64,000 nucleotides of DNA from an uncultured Cryomorphaceae bacterium (GCA_947311505.1 CAMZLL010000057.1:2026-66025); one strand, 5' to 3'; positions 29,155 through 41,127 are shown, counted from the first letter of the stretch. Notes: generated by a model not told the origin, from the letters alone. A program made the numbers and translations.

Positions 29155-31095
29155 TCAACCTAAATTTCTCCAGTTTTTGGTAATAGCGGTGATATCTTTT
29201 GTCAGCCTATAATCTTTTGCGTAAATGAGATTTACTTTTTTTATAAGCACTTCTGTAAGGTTCGTTATATTAGTATTCGGTAGCACTGATGGCTTTATTT
29301 TTGGCAATCCAAACAAGGCTTCTTTTGAACCATGCACATAGCCCACCCAAGTTTTCTTTCCTAACATTACTAAAAAAATATTCTTTAAAAATTTCAATGG
29401 ATGCTTTTGTAGAAATATTAATATTGGCAAGAGCGTCAATGCTATGAAAGAAAGAATAAAATCTAATATCCTTTTATTTCTTACATTCTCTACAGCGGTA
29501 ATGGTATTGATATCTAAGATATAAATATCTCCAGCTGTATGAATCGAATTACTGCCAATCAAATAATGTGTGTCGGGTTGAGCTATTTTAAAGTCTACCT
29601 TTTTAGATGTCTTTATCTTAGACATTTGCCCTATGATTTCTTGTGAGCTTAAATTCTTTGCCGAAAAAACAACTTCATCTATTTTATTGATATGGATATA
29701 GTCTGACAATTGATTGATATGTCCATCAAATTGCTCGGCATCTAATTTCTCAGAAGTTGGGGCTATAATTCCAAAATGACTGACCGTGGTTGTTTGCTTG
29801 ATTAAAACTTCTATTCGATCTGCCTCTTCTTTATCACCAACAACAACAAATCTTCGCTTGGAGGTATCTTCTAAAGTGTAACCTGATATTTTAAGAAAAT
29901 GTGTAAATAATCTTGAAGTGAGCAACACTAACAAGGTTGCAATACTACCAAATAAGACAATGAACCTGGAGAATTGTAATTCCTTTGGAAGTAATCCATA
30001 AATTATTAATAATATAGCTCCTCCAACAGCAACTCCTTTGAACGTTTTAATAAGTTTTAAAGGCTTATCATACCCCCCCGACAAAAAAGTACTCACTATC
30101 CAAACAAAGGCATAACTCGGTAACGCCCATTTGATAAGTTCTGTTTTAAAAACGGTCTCGGTAGTTTTTTGATAGATTCCTGAAACTGTAAATAACGACA
30201 AAGTAACCAACATAAAATCAACAATAGGAAAGAATACTTTCTTTATAAATCGCATAAAAATAGCCACCCCAGCTCTAAGGTAAATGGCTAAATTGATTAA
30301 TAAGGAAAATAAATTAGCATTTTTTTCGGAAAAATGTTTCTTCGCAAAAATGATCATTGCATTGTAAAATACAAATACATAATTGACTGAGCTTTTTTTT
30401 GTGCTCTCCCCTTTGTAGTGAATAATACTTGTTTCTGGAAAGTAATAATTTTTGTACCCTCCTTTGATGATTCGGTAACTCAGGTCAATATCTTCTCCGT
30501 ACATAAAAAATGCTTCGTCTAGCAAGCCCACCTTGTCTAAGGCTTCTTTTCGCATCATCATAAAGGCCCCTGACAGAATCTCAATTTCGTTGGTCTCGTC
30601 CATTGACAGATAGCCTAAGTGATATTTTCCAAATTTTTTATTTTTTGGAAAAATAGAAGACAATCCAAAAATCTTATAAAACGCTACACTTGGCGTTGGT
30701 AATCCTCGTTTAGATTCAGGGAGAAACACTCCTTTGCCGTCAATCATTTTGACACCCAATCCTCCACAGTCTGGAGTAGAATCCATAAATGCTATGGTCT
30801 TCTTGAAAGTATCTTCTTCTACAACGGTGTCTGGATTGAGTAGCAATATATACCTGCCTTTGGAGATTCGCATGGCCTGATTATTTGCTTTTGAAAAACC
30901 GACATTCTCCTTGTTGGCAATCAGATGAACTTCTGGAAATTTCTTTCTTACCATCGCTACTGATCCATCTATAGAAATATTATCTACCACAAAGATCTCA
31001 GCCGTAACACCCTTTACGGCTTCTCGTACAGAATTTAAGCATTGCTCTAAGAAATGCTCAACATTATAATTTACTATGATTATGGATATATCCAG
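29155..31095 (-). CDS. GT2 glycosyltransferase fused to TM/sugar-transferase-like C-terminus (start CTG 31095)
   Basis: In-frame N-terminus (L/M)DISIIIVNYNV upstream of the track start; VVDN.S.DGS, GFSKANN, LLNPDT, FFMYGEDID. Confidence 0.88.
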   Translation of the reverse strand: MDISIIIVNYNVEHFLEQCLNSVREAVKGVTAEIFVVDNISIDGSVAMVRKKFPEVHLIANKENVGFSKANNQAMRISKGRYILLLNPDTVVEEDTFKKTIAFMDSTPDCGGLGVKMIDGKGVFLPESKRGLPTPSVAFYKIFGLSSIFPKNKKFGKYHLGYLSMDETNEIEILSGAFMMMRKEALDKVGLLDEAFFMYGEDIDLSYRIIKGGYKNYYFPETSIIHYKGESTKKSSVNYVFVFYNAMIIFAKKHFSEKNANLFSLLINLAIYLRAGVAIFMRFIKKVFFPIVDFMLVTLSLFTVSGIYQKTTETVFKTELIKWALPSYAFVWIVSTFLSGGYDKPLKLIKTFKGVAVGGAILLIIYGLLPKELQFSRFIVLFGSIATLLVLLTSRLFTHFLKISGYTLEDTSKRRFVVVGDKEEADRIEVLIKQTTTVSHFGIIAPTSEKLDAEQFDGHINQLSDYIHINKIDEVVFSAKNLSSQEIIGQMSKIKTSKKVDFKIAQPDTHYLIGSNSIHTAGDIYILDINTITAVENVRNKRILDFILSFIALTLLPILIFLQKHPLKFLKNIFLVMLGKKTWVGYVHGSKEALFGLPKIKPSVLPNTNITNLTEVLIKKVNLIYAKDYRLTKDITAITKNWRNLG

Positions 31096-31183
31096 TTTCC
31101 TTTTTTTTGAAAGCCCAAAGATTGTAAAATTCTATAAGGTAACGAGCCTGTACTATAATTATTTTATAGAATAGGATTGACAA

Positions 31184-31801
31184 CTACATTTTTAATGAAC
31201 TCTCAAAGGGAGACCGATTCAAGATAGACCTACCAAGTGTAATTTCGTCTGTATATTCCAATTCGTTTCCAATTCCGATGCCTCTTGCGATGATGCTGGT
31301 GTTTACATTACAATGTGCTAATTTTTTATGAATGAAAAAGTTGGTTGTATCTCCTTCCATTGTGGCACTCAAGGCTAGAATAATTTCTTTTGTTTCGGGT
31401 TGGTTTGCTCTTCGCACTAATGATTCTATATTAATATCATTAGGTCCTATTCCATCCATTGGAGAGATAATGCCATTCAACACATGGTACAGTCCCTTGT
31501 ATTGCATTGTGTTTTCGATAGCTAAAATATCACGGATATCTTGCACTACGCAAATGGTTGCTTTATCTCTAGTGGGTTTAATACATATTTCACAGATTTC
31601 ATAATCACTGATGTTATGGCAGTTTTTGCATGTCTTTGTGTTGTGAATCAAAGATTTAAAACTTTCTGCAAATTCTTCTACCTCTCCTGTTTCTTGTGTT
31701 AACAAATGCAACACCAAACGAAGTGCAGTACGCTTTCCGATTCCAGGTAGTGACCCCATTTGCTCTACGGCTTTTGATAAGTGTTTCGAAGGTAAATCCA
31801 T
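31184..31801 (-). CDS. recR: Recombination mediator RecR
   Basis: [13 protein letters not shown]......C.IC zinc finger, YHVL.G.ISP, EGDTT. Confidence 0.97.
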   Translation of the reverse strand: MDLPSKHLSKAVEQMGSLPGIGKRTALRLVLHLLTQETGEVEEFAESFKSLIHNTKTCKNCHNISDYEICEICIKPTRDKATICVVQDIRDILAIENTMQYKGLYHVLNGIISPMDGIGPNDINIESLVRRANQPETKEIILALSATMEGDTTNFFIHKKLAHCNVNTSIIARGIGIGNELEYTDEITLGRSILNRSPFESSLKM

Positions 31802-31843
31802 AACTAATACAAAGATAATAAATCAATTAGAAATATCGTATAT

Positions 31844-32206
31844 TTATTTTCTAACCACCGACAACATATAGATAATTCCAATACACAGTACTACACTTAT
31901 TATAATATTGGCAAGAGCTATAAATGTATGTCCTGTTTTGAAGAGTTCAAAAGTTTCGTTGCTAAACGTAGAAAAAGTACTAAACCCACCACAGAATCCA
32001 ATAACTATAAATGCTTTGAGCTCTTGTGACTGTAACTTGTCAGCAAAAACACCTACTGCTAACGCAATGATAATACAAGTTAATAAGTTGGCGACTAAAG
32101 TGGCAACAGGGAAATTGGCAGGTCGCACATTGCCCAACCCTAGTGAGACAGAATATCTCGCTAAACTTCCCAGTCCTCCACCAAGAAAAATCCACAATGG
32201 TACCAT
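31844..32206 (-). CDS. crcB: Fluoride efflux channel
   Basis: GGGLGS..RY, TL.AN, GFCGGFSTFSTF. Confidence 0.95.
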   Translation of the reverse strand: MVPLWIFLGGGLGSLARYSVSLGLGNVRPANFPVATLVANLLTCIIIALAVGVFADKLQSQELKAFIVIGFCGGFSTFSTFSNETFELFKTGHTFIALANIIISVVLCIGIIYMLSVVRK

Positions 32207-32208
32207 TC

Positions 32209-32778
32209 TTATTTTTCTATTAAATTAAACTTCTTCAAAAGTACAAAAATTAAATAAGCAATAAAAACACCTAATAAACCTCCGCAAACTACATCGCTGG
32301 GATAGTGTACACCTAGGTAAACTCTACTATAAGCTATCAATCCCGCCCAGAAGAACACCCACACAATGGCTTTACTGACTTTTTCTTTTAGCAGTAAAAA
32401 TACAAGCGTAGCAATAGTAAACATATTACTCGCATGAGAGGATACAAACCCGTACCAGCCTCCATGATAATTATTGACAAAATGTAATTGGCTTTGGAGT
32501 TCTAAATTTCTGCTTGGGCGATAGCGTTCAAACATTTCTTTGAATAGATATTTGGCAGACAAATCAGACAAAGCAACTCCTATACCCAATGCTAAAATAT
32601 AGATGATGGCTTTTCGCCAGCCGAAGCTTTTGTGCAAAAGCAAAATAAATAATAGATAAAAAGGTATTCCAAAAGAAACTTCACTAACTGTCCACATGAG
32701 ACTATCAAAGAAGGAATTGTGCGCTCCATTTATGGTGAAAAGAATTTCTTTATCAATATTTTCTATCCAATCGATCAC
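32209..32778 (-). CDS. PAP2 family phosphatase
   Basis: K..F.R.RP, F.SSHA, SR.YLGVHYP.D; GTG 32778 overlaps the obgE stop (GTGA). Confidence 0.92.
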   Translation of the reverse strand: MIDWIENIDKEILFTINGAHNSFFDSLMWTVSEVSFGIPFYLLFILLLHKSFGWRKAIIYILALGIGVALSDLSAKYLFKEMFERYRPSRNLELQSQLHFVNNYHGGWYGFVSSHASNMFTIATLVFLLLKEKVSKAIVWVFFWAGLIAYSRVYLGVHYPSDVVCGGLLGVFIAYLIFVLLKKFNLIEK

Positions 32779-33779
32779 GCATTGATTATTTTCCAAAGTT
32801 CATCTTTAAGTTCAACAATACCTTTTCCTACTACAGAGCTAATAAAAGAGAACTGTACATCATCTGGTAATGTTTCTACCAGTTCTTTCTTCACTTCGGC
32901 TATTAATTCATCATCTAGCATATCTGCTTTGGTAATGGCTAAATGGCGTTTTTTATCTAGCAACTCCGCATTGAACTGCTTTAGTTCATTTAGCAAAACT
33001 TTATATTCTTCCGCAATATTGTCCGAATCTATAGGAACCATAAACAGCAAAGCTGCGTTTCGCTCAATATGACGTAAAAAACGATGCCCTATCCCTTTTC
33101 CTTCGTGAGCTCCCTCAATAATACCTGGAATATCTGCCATCACAAACGACTTATGATCTCGATATTCGACTATTCCTAGGTTGGGAACTAAAGTAGTGAA
33201 GGGATAATTGGCTATTTCTGGTTTTGCAGCTGAAACGACACTTAGCAAAGTAGATTTACCTGCGTTTGGATATCCTACTAACCCAACGTCTGCTAGCACC
33301 TTTAATTCTAATATTATCCATTCTTCTGTTCCATCTTCTCCAGGTTGAGCATATCTTGGTGTTTGAAAAGTGGAAGATTTGAAATGCCAATTTCCTCGAC
33401 CTCCTCGACCTCCTTTTACTAAAATAAACTCTTGTCCTTCTTCTGTTATTTCGCAAAGTACTTCCTCGGTATCCATATCTTTAGCAATTGTTCCCAACGG
33501 AACATCTATATAGACATCTTCTCCTTCTTTACCACTGCTTCGAGATTTACCACCTACTTCTCCGGGTTTTGCAATTACGTGTTTTCTATATTTTAGGTGT
33601 AACAATGTCCAATGATTGCTGTTTCCTCTAATAATGATATGACCTCCTCTTCCACCATCTCCACCATCAGGGCCGCCTGTAGTAGTCATCTTATCTCTAT
33701 GCAAATGCGCAGAGCCTTGTCCGCCTTTACCTGATCGACAACATATTTTTACATAATCTACAAAATTAGAACCCGCCAT
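32775..33779 (-). CDS. obgE: GTPase ObgE
   Basis: [36 protein letters not shown]; TAACTTTG box at 33808-33815. Confidence 0.98.
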   Translation of the reverse strand: MAGSNFVDYVKICCRSGKGGQGSAHLHRDKMTTTGGPDGGDGGRGGHIIIRGNSNHWTLLHLKYRKHVIAKPGEVGGKSRSSGKEGEDVYIDVPLGTIAKDMDTEEVLCEITEEGQEFILVKGGRGGRGNWHFKSSTFQTPRYAQPGEDGTEEWIILELKVLADVGLVGYPNAGKSTLLSVVSAAKPEIANYPFTTLVPNLGIVEYRDHKSFVMADIPGIIEGAHEGKGIGHRFLRHIERNAALLFMVPIDSDNIAEEYKVLLNELKQFNAELLDKKRHLAITKADMLDDELIAEVKKELVETLPDDVQFSFISSVVGKGIVELKDELWKIINA

Positions 33780-34037
33780 TGTTGTGTGTTTAAAATATTA
33801 AGAAAAGCAAAGTTAATTTATTTGCAGTAACTAAATTGATTAAAACTTACCGTTTTCAATATTAGAGCGATATTTCTTCGCTATTCCAATTCCTAAGCAA
33901 ATCGTTTGACTTTGTGTTTCATGTTGTTCAATGCTCCTTTGTGTTTTACTTTTGAAAGTATTAATTTCTGAAATGCATAAGAAAAAAGTACCGTTGCTCT
34001 TTAGTGAGTGTTGCAGAATTACAGCTTGTTGCTTTCA

Positions 34038-35579
34038 TTATAGCGGTATGTTGCCGTGCTTCTTCTTAGGTAGTGTTTTAACCTTGTTTTCAAGCATTTT
34101 AAAAGCTTTGATCAACTTCTCACGAGTCTGATGAGGTTTTATGACTTCATCAATATATCCTCTAGCAGCTGCATTGTAAGGATTGGCAATAACTTCGGCA
34201 TATTCAGCTTCTTTTTCTTTTAGTTTTTCGGCTGGGTTTTCTGCTGCTTGTATTTCTTTTTTAAAGATGATTTCTGCTGCTCCTTTTGCTCCCATCACTG
34301 CTATTTCTGAACCGGGCCAAGCATAGTTCATATCCGCTCCAATATGCTTAGAATTCATCACGTCATACGCTCCTCCGTATGCTTTACGAGTAATGACAGT
34401 TATTCTAGGAACAGTAGCTTCACTAAATGCATATAATAATTTAGCACCATTACTTATGATGGCATTCCATTCCTGATCAGTGCCTGGTAAAAATCCAGGT
34501 ACATCTTCAAAAACCAATAAAGGGATGTTAAATGCATCACAGAATCGAACAAAGCGAGCTCCTTTTTTAGAGCATTCAACATCGAGTACTCCAGCAAGTA
34601 CAGCTGGCTGATTTGCAACAATACCAATCGAACGACCTGCAAGCCTTCCAAAACCTACTACTAAATTCTCTGCATAATCTTTGTGTACTTCCAAAAAGGA
34701 ATCTAAGTCTAGCACACCTGCGATAACGTCTTTTATATCGTATGGTTGATTAGGATTGTCTGGCACTATGTTATTTAGTTCTTCTCTTGTTTCGTCTCTG
34801 CCAAATTCATAAGGAACTACAGGTGGTTTTTCTTCACAGTTTTGAGGAATGTAGGTCATTAATTTTTTCAAATAATCTAATGCTTCCAATTCGTTTTCAC
34901 ATGCAAAATGAGTAACTCCAGATTTAGAAGCGTGCGTCATTGCTCCCCCTAAATCTTCTGCTGTTACATCTTCATTGGTTACTGTTTTTACAACACTAGG
35001 CCCAGTTACAAACATATAAGATGTGTTTTCTACCATCAATATAAAATCGGTGAGAGCTGGGGAGTAAACAGCTCCTCCAGCACAAGGTCCCATAATAGCC
35101 GATAACTGTGGAATAACTCCCGATGCCATCGTGTTTCTATAAAAAATATCTGCATATCCTCCTAGAGATACCACGCCCTCTTGAATACGTGCTCCACCAC
35201 TATCGTTTAAACCAATAACTGGCGCTCCATTTTCCATAGCAAGATCCATAATCTTGCAGATTTTCTCAGCATGAGACTCTGCAAGCGAACCTCCCAAGAC
35301 TGTAAAGTCTTGGGAAAACACATAAACCAATCTTCCGCCTATAGTTCCATAACCAGTAACTACTCCATCACCTAAAAACTTTTGTTTATCTAACCCAAAA
35401 TTGGTTGATCTATGCATAACCATAGCACCTATTTCTTCAAAAGAACCTTGATCCAATAAAAAATGAAGTCGCTCTCTTGCGGTAAGTTTTCCTTTTTTAT
35501 GTTGAGATTCTATTCTTTTATCTCCTCCACCCAATTTGGATTCTTTTATCTTTTGATCTAATAAGTCTATTTTGTTCAT
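34038..35579 (-). CDS. pccB: Acyl-CoA (propionyl/methylmalonyl-CoA) carboxylase carboxyltransferase subunit
   Basis: [54 protein letters not shown]. Confidence 0.92.
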   Translation of the reverse strand: MNKIDLLDQKIKESKLGGGDKRIESQHKKGKLTARERLHFLLDQGSFEEIGAMVMHRSTNFGLDKQKFLGDGVVTGYGTIGGRLVYVFSQDFTVLGGSLAESHAEKICKIMDLAMENGAPVIGLNDSGGARIQEGVVSLGGYADIFYRNTMASGVIPQLSAIMGPCAGGAVYSPALTDFILMVENTSYMFVTGPSVVKTVTNEDVTAEDLGGAMTHASKSGVTHFACENELEALDYLKKLMTYIPQNCEEKPPVVPYEFGRDETREELNNIVPDNPNQPYDIKDVIAGVLDLDSFLEVHKDYAENLVVGFGRLAGRSIGIVANQPAVLAGVLDVECSKKGARFVRFCDAFNIPLLVFEDVPGFLPGTDQEWNAIISNGAKLLYAFSEATVPRITVITRKAYGGAYDVMNSKHIGADMNYAWPGSEIAVMGAKGAAEIIFKKEIQAAENPAEKLKEKEAEYAEVIANPYNAAARGYIDEVIKPHQTREKLIKAFKMLENKVKTLPKKKHGNIPL

Positions 35580-35632
35580 TGTCTTTATGTTTAAATTTTG
35601 GGGTGTTGTTTTTTATTATATCACTTTAGCTC

Positions 35633-36925
35633 TTACCCCCGCATCAAAGCTTCTATTTCATCTGCTTCGATAGGGATGTTTCGCATCAAGTTAAAAGGTT
35701 CTCCCGACTCTTGCACGATCACATCATCTTCTAATCTTATGCCTAAGTTTTCTTCAGGAATATATATGCCAGGCTCAACAGTAAATGCCATTCCTGCTTT
35801 TATAGGCTTATTCCAAAAACCATAATCGTGCGTGTCTAAACCAATGTAGTGCGAAGTTCCGTGCATAAAGTATTTCTTATATGCTGGCCATGCTGGATCT
35901 TCGTTATTGATATCTTCTTGAGTTATTAGCCCTAATCTTACCAATTCTTTTTCCATGAGTTTGCCAACTGTTACGTGATAATCGTTGAGCATTGTTCCTG
36001 GTACTAACAATTTAGTGGCTGCTTTTTTTACTCGAAGTACTGCATTGTACACCTCTTTTTGTCTTGCTGTAAATGTTCCATTTACTGGAACACATCTGGT
36101 CAAATCGGATGCGTAGTTTCCATATTCTGCTCCAAAATCCATTAAGATAACATCGCCATCTTTGCATTCTTTGTTGTTTTCTATATAATGCAATACACAA
36201 GCAGAATAGCCAGACCCTACGATAGGGGTATAGGCAAAACCTTTGCTTTTGTTGTTTATAAATTCATGCATCAACTCTGCTTCAATGTTATACTCCATCA
36301 CACCGGGTTTGATGAATTTTAAGATTCTACGAAGTCCTTTCTCGGTAATGTCGCAAGCTTCTTGCATTAATGCAATTTCTTCAGGTTCTTTTATCGACCT
36401 TATTTCGTGCATAATAGGCGCACTTCGTTGTACTTCATGCAGTGGGTATTCTTTTTTGCACCAAGCAATGAAGCGATCTTCTCTATTCTCTGCTTCTGTA
36501 TTTGCTCTTAAATGCTCATTAGTGTTTAAATAAACATGCTCAGCCTCTACCATCAATTCTTTAAATATACGTTCAAATTGATCCAACCAATAGACTGTTT
36601 TGATTCCAGAAGTTGCAAACGCAGCCTCTTTATCTAGTTTTTCTCCTTCCCAAACCGCAATATGTTCGTTCGTTTCTTTCAAAAACAAAATTTCTTTGTG
36701 AGCCTCTTTAGATGCATCTGGAAAAAGAACCAAAATACTTTCTTCTTGATCTACTCCAGAAAGATAAAAGATATCTCTATGTTGTTCAAACGGTTTTGAG
36801 CTGTCTGCTCCTGTGGCAAATATATCATTGGAGTTGAAAACTGCCAGTGCGTTTGGTTTTAAATTAGATATATACTTCTTTCTATTCTTAATGAATAATT
36901 GGCTGTCAATTTTTGAGTATTTCAT
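35633..36925 (-). CDS. pepP: Xaa-Pro aminopeptidase (M24B)
   Basis: LHY, MDFGAE...YASD.TR, HGTSH..GLD.HD, TVEPG.Y, R.EDD. Confidence 0.92.
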   Translation of the reverse strand: MKYSKIDSQLFIKNRKKYISNLKPNALAVFNSNDIFATGADSSKPFEQHRDIFYLSGVDQEESILVLFPDASKEAHKEILFLKETNEHIAVWEGEKLDKEAAFATSGIKTVYWLDQFERIFKELMVEAEHVYLNTNEHLRANTEAENREDRFIAWCKKEYPLHEVQRSAPIMHEIRSIKEPEEIALMQEACDITEKGLRRILKFIKPGVMEYNIEAELMHEFINNKSKGFAYTPIVGSGYSACVLHYIENNKECKDGDVILMDFGAEYGNYASDLTRCVPVNGTFTARQKEVYNAVLRVKKAATKLLVPGTMLNDYHVTVGKLMEKELVRLGLITQEDINNEDPAWPAYKKYFMHGTSHYIGLDTHDYGFWNKPIKAGMAFTVEPGIYIPEENLGIRLEDDVIVQESGEPFNLMRNIPIEADEIEALMRG

Positions 36926-36949
36926 GGTGCGTGTGTTTAATATAGATTA

Positions 36950-39757
36950 CTAAATTACAATATTTACAATTCTCTTCGGTACAACGATTACTTTTTTAGG
37001 AGATTTACCTTCTAAATAAGGTGCTGTTTTCTCATGAGCTAAAACTTCTTTTTCTATTTCTTCTTTCGATAATGCAACAGGAAGTTCCAACATAAATCGC
37101 ATTTTTCCGTTGAACGAAACAGGGTATTTAAAGTTGCTTTCAACCAATACAGATGCATCAAACTTTGGCCATTCTGCTTTCGTAATTGAAGTCTTGTTTC
37201 CTAGCTTCTCCCAAAGTTCTTCAGCTATATGAGGAGCATACGGTGAAAGCAAAACAAGTATTCCCTCAAGGATTGATTTGTTGTTGCATTTTTGCTCCGT
37301 CAATTCGTTGACAGCTATCATAAGATTACTCACTACGGTGTTGAACGAATAACGCTCTAGATCGTCTGTTATTTTCTTAATGGTTCTGTGCAATGTTTTT
37401 AATGATTCCTTGCTAGCTTCATCTTCTGTAATGGCGAATACCTCATCAGTATGGAACAATCTCCACAGTTTTCGTAAGAAATTATTCACACCATTGATGC
37501 CTTTTACATCCCAAGGTTTGAATTGCTCTAATGGACCCAAGAACATTTCGTAGCAACGTAGCGTGTCAGCTCCAAATTTCACAACCAATTCATCTGGGGT
37601 TTGTACATTGTACTTCGATTTTGACATCTTTTCTACTTCGTTTCCGCAAATGTACTTTCCATCTTCTAATATAAAATCTGCATCGTTTAAGAAACTAAAT
37701 AATGGATTTTTTGCAGCTTCTTCAATATTTAATACATCGTTATCAACATATTTGATGTCGATGTGAGTTTGAACAGTGTCGTAGTTTTTTGCTAAGTTGG
37801 CAGAAACATATTTATTTTCGTCTTTTATCTTATAAACAAAGCTACTTCTTCCCAAAATCATCCCTTGGTTAATCAGTTTTTTGAATGGTTCTTCAAAAGA
37901 AAGAAAACCTCTATCATAAAGAAATTTAGTCCAAAAACGAGAATATAATAAATGCCCCGTAGCGTGTTCTGCTCCACCGATGTACAAATCTACTTGCTTC
38001 CAATAATCTAATTTTTCTTTAGATGCAAATTCCGTTTCATTATGCGGATCCATATACCTTAAGAAATACCAAGAACTCCCTGCCCAACCTGGCATGGTAT
38101 TGTACTCCATTCTATCTCCTGCAAAAACTTCCCAATCCTCTTCATTGGCTCGCGCCAATGGTGGCTCTCCTTCTTCTGTTGGGAGGTACTTATCCACCTT
38201 AGGTAAAGTAACGGGTAACATTGTGTCGTCTATCAAATAAGGCGTATCGTCACTATAAAAAACAGGAAATGGTTCTCCCCAATATCGTTGCCTGGAGAAG
38301 ATAGCATCTCTTAATCTAAAGATGACCTTCCCTTTTCCAAAACCTCTTTTTTCGATTTCATAAATAGCTAATTTAATTGCCTTTTTTACTTTCAAACCGT
38401 TTAAGAAATCACTATTCGTTAATGCGGCTCCTTTGTCTGTATAAGCTCCCTCTGAAATGTCAATTCCTTCAAATATGTTGGGAATATCAATATTGAAATG
38501 TTTAGCAAAATCATAATCTCGTTGATCTCCCGCTGGAACTGCCATCACCGCACCAGTTCCGTAACCTGCTAGTACATATTCGCCAATCCATATCTGAATT
38601 TTCTCTCCTGTAAATGGGTGCAGCGCATACGCTCCTGTAAACTGACCGGTTATATTTTTTGCATTAGCCTGACGATCTCGTTCTGTCTTCAATGATGCAG
38701 CGAGTTTATAAGCAGCTATATCTTCTTTGTGTTCTGCTGTCGTTATCTGATCTACCAACGCGTGCTCTGGTGCAAGCACCATGAAGGTAACACCAAAAAT
38801 AGTATCAGGTCTCGTAGTGAATACCTCGACCGTTTCCTTATGATGTTCTAAAGCAAAATGAACCGATGCCCCTACAGATTTTCCAATCCAATTTCGTTGT
38901 TGTTCTTTCAAGGAGTCTGAGAAATCTACATCTTCTAATCCTTTTAGCAGTCTATCTGCATAAGCTGTAATACGCATACTCCACTGACGCATTAATTTTT
39001 GTTCCACAGGATGTCCTCCTCTTTCAGATACTCCATTTTTTATTTCATCGTTGGCTAGTACAGTTCCTAAAACGGGACACCAATTTACCCAACTATCTGC
39101 CAAGAAAGCCATTCTATAATTCATCAGTAGTTTTTGCTGCTCTTTTTCTGATAAGGTATCCCAGGCTTCTGCTGTAAAAACTTCGGTATCGTCACATACA
39201 GCTTTTACGTTTTGGTTTCCCTGCTTTTCAAAGATGGAAATCAGACTTTCAATAGATTCTGCTTTGTCTGTTTCTTGATTGTACCAAGAATTATATATTT
39301 CTTTAAATATCCATTGTGTCCATTTGTAGTAATTGGGATCTGAAGTTCTTACTTCTCTACTCCAATCAAAAGAGAAACCCATCTGATCGAGCTGATTTCT
39401 ATAGCCCGAAATTTTATTTCCACTTTTATCAATACCTCCTTCTATATTCGTTTTGGTAGTAGTAGCTGGGTGCTGACCTGTTTGAATTGCATATTGCTCA
39501 GCTGGCAATCCAAATGAATCATAGCCCATTGGGTGCAAAACATTGAATCCAGACAATCTTTTGTAACGAGCGTAAATATCACTGGCAATATAACCTAATG
39601 GATGCCCAACATGTAGTCCTGCTCCACTTGGATAAGGAAACATATCCAGCACGTAGTACTTTTCCTTATTTGGATCTTCTGTTACTTTGTAGGTTTTGTT
39701 TTCTTTCCAAAAGCTTCTCCACTTTTGTTCGATTTCCTGATGATTATATTGGCTCAT
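36950..39757 (-). CDS. leuS: Leucine--tRNA ligase
   Basis: MFPYPSGAGLHVGH, FTTRPDT editing domain, SRQRYWG, KMSKS. Confidence 0.98.
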   Translation of the reverse strand: MSQYNHQEIEQKWRSFWKENKTYKVTEDPNKEKYYVLDMFPYPSGAGLHVGHPLGYIASDIYARYKRLSGFNVLHPMGYDSFGLPAEQYAIQTGQHPATTTKTNIEGGIDKSGNKISGYRNQLDQMGFSFDWSREVRTSDPNYYKWTQWIFKEIYNSWYNQETDKAESIESLISIFEKQGNQNVKAVCDDTEVFTAEAWDTLSEKEQQKLLMNYRMAFLADSWVNWCPVLGTVLANDEIKNGVSERGGHPVEQKLMRQWSMRITAYADRLLKGLEDVDFSDSLKEQQRNWIGKSVGASVHFALEHHKETVEVFTTRPDTIFGVTFMVLAPEHALVDQITTAEHKEDIAAYKLAASLKTERDRQANAKNITGQFTGAYALHPFTGEKIQIWIGEYVLAGYGTGAVMAVPAGDQRDYDFAKHFNIDIPNIFEGIDISEGAYTDKGAALTNSDFLNGLKVKKAIKLAIYEIEKRGFGKGKVIFRLRDAIFSRQRYWGEPFPVFYSDDTPYLIDDTMLPVTLPKVDKYLPTEEGEPPLARANEEDWEVFAGDRMEYNTMPGWAGSSWYFLRYMDPHNETEFASKEKLDYWKQVDLYIGGAEHATGHLLYSRFWTKFLYDRGFLSFEEPFKKLINQGMILGRSSFVYKIKDENKYVSANLAKNYDTVQTHIDIKYVDNDVLNIEEAAKNPLFSFLNDADFILEDGKYICGNEVEKMSKSKYNVQTPDELVVKFGADTLRCYEMFLGPLEQFKPWDVKGINGVNNFLRKLWRLFHTDEVFAITEDEASKESLKTLHRTIKKITDDLERYSFNTVVSNLMIAVNELTEQKCNNKSILEGILVLLSPYAPHIAEELWEKLGNKTSITKAEWPKFDASVLVESNFKYPVSFNGKMRFMLELPVALSKEEIEKEVLAHEKTAPYLEGKSPKKVIVVPKRIVNIVI

Positions 39758-39822
39758 TGTGTATTCGTTGTTTATTGAAATACAAAAATAGCAGAAAGCA
39801 AGGAGTAAGGAAGAAAAATAGC

Positions 39823-41127
39823 TTAAAAATTAAAGCTCGTTGTTGTAGTGACAGTTGCATTTAGTTCGTTCAGTAGTGAAAACAAACCAAAAAAGGTTCT
39901 ATTGATGTATAATATATGACGAGAACCTCTGGCAACACCGTTTTTTCGAATGTCTTTTCGTTTTTTTAGATCTTCCCCCATAGCATACATATCATCAAAA
40001 TAAGCTTTATCGGAGAAATCAAACGTTTCTCCAAGGAATGGTTTAATTAATAAATTCATAGAATTTTTAAAGACTTCAAAAAACAAATCTTGACTGCTTT
40101 TGGGTTCATCGTGGAATAAAAATTCTAAATCAAAAAACAAAGCTCGCAATTGTTCATCGTCATCAATTAGTTTGGAGTTTAATAATTGGAAATATTTCAA
40201 ATAAAACTCTTCAGGGATACGCTTGACACAACCAAAATCAATAAGCCCGATAGTTCCATCTTCTTGAATGATAAAGTTACCAGGGTGTGGATCTGCGTGT
40301 ATAGCCCTCAGCTCGTTCACTTGAAAATCGTATAAATTCCAAAGTCGTTGCCCTACTAAATTTTTTAATTCTTGCGAAGGATTCGTGGCTAAAAATTCTT
40401 TTAGATGTTTGCCCTCTAACCAATCCATAGTGAGGATTCTTTTACTTGAAAATTCTGGATAATATTTAGGAAAAATAAACCCTTCTAAATCTTTGCACCC
40501 TTCAGATATCTCAATGGATTGTCGGAGTTCTAATTCGTAATCTGTTTCTTCAAGCAACTTACTTTCGACTTCTTCAAAATATTGCTTTACGTCTTTTTCT
40601 TTGAGCCCAAGCATCTTCATTGCAATTGGTTTTACCATATTGAGGTCAGACTTTACGCTATCCGCCACACCTGGGTATTGCACTTTTACCGCTAAGGTTT
40701 TTCCATCTTTGGTAGCTTTATGTACCTGACCTATCGAAGCTGCATTTACAGCGTTTTTGGTAAAAGTTTCGAAAACTTCGGTAGGTCCTTTACCAAAGTT
40801 TTGTCTAAACGTTTTCACAACTAAAGGATAGGATAGCGGTGGAGCGGAATACTGCGAAAGTGAAAACTTATCTTGCATAGCACTTGGTAGCATGTTTTTA
40901 TCCATACTCATTATTTGCGCTACTTTTAGGGCACTCCCCTTTAGCTCGCTCAAAGATTTATAAATATCTTCTGCATTGTCTTCATCCAATTGTTCTTTTG
41001 CGTGTTCATCTCCTATGGCTTTTTTGGCAAAATACTTCACATAATTCCCTCCCACTTTTGCTCCAGTTGTAAACAGTTTTGCTGCTCGCTGTACTTTACC
41101 TGTTGGTATTTTTTTTTGCTCTTTCAT
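39823..41127 (-). CDS. ABC1/UbiB family atypical kinase
   Basis: LKG.ALK..Q, AASIGQVH, AVKVQYPG, HADPHPGN, DFGC. Confidence 0.93.
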   Translation of the reverse strand: MKEQKKIPTGKVQRAAKLFTTGAKVGGNYVKYFAKKAIGDEHAKEQLDEDNAEDIYKSLSELKGSALKVAQIMSMDKNMLPSAMQDKFSLSQYSAPPLSYPLVVKTFRQNFGKGPTEVFETFTKNAVNAASIGQVHKATKDGKTLAVKVQYPGVADSVKSDLNMVKPIAMKMLGLKEKDVKQYFEEVESKLLEETDYELELRQSIEISEGCKDLEGFIFPKYYPEFSSKRILTMDWLEGKHLKEFLATNPSQELKNLVGQRLWNLYDFQVNELRAIHADPHPGNFIIQEDGTIGLIDFGCVKRIPEEFYLKYFQLLNSKLIDDDEQLRALFFDLEFLFHDEPKSSQDLFFEVFKNSMNLLIKPFLGETFDFSDKAYFDDMYAMGEDLKKRKDIRKNGVARGSRHILYINRTFFGLFSLLNELNATVTTTTSFNF

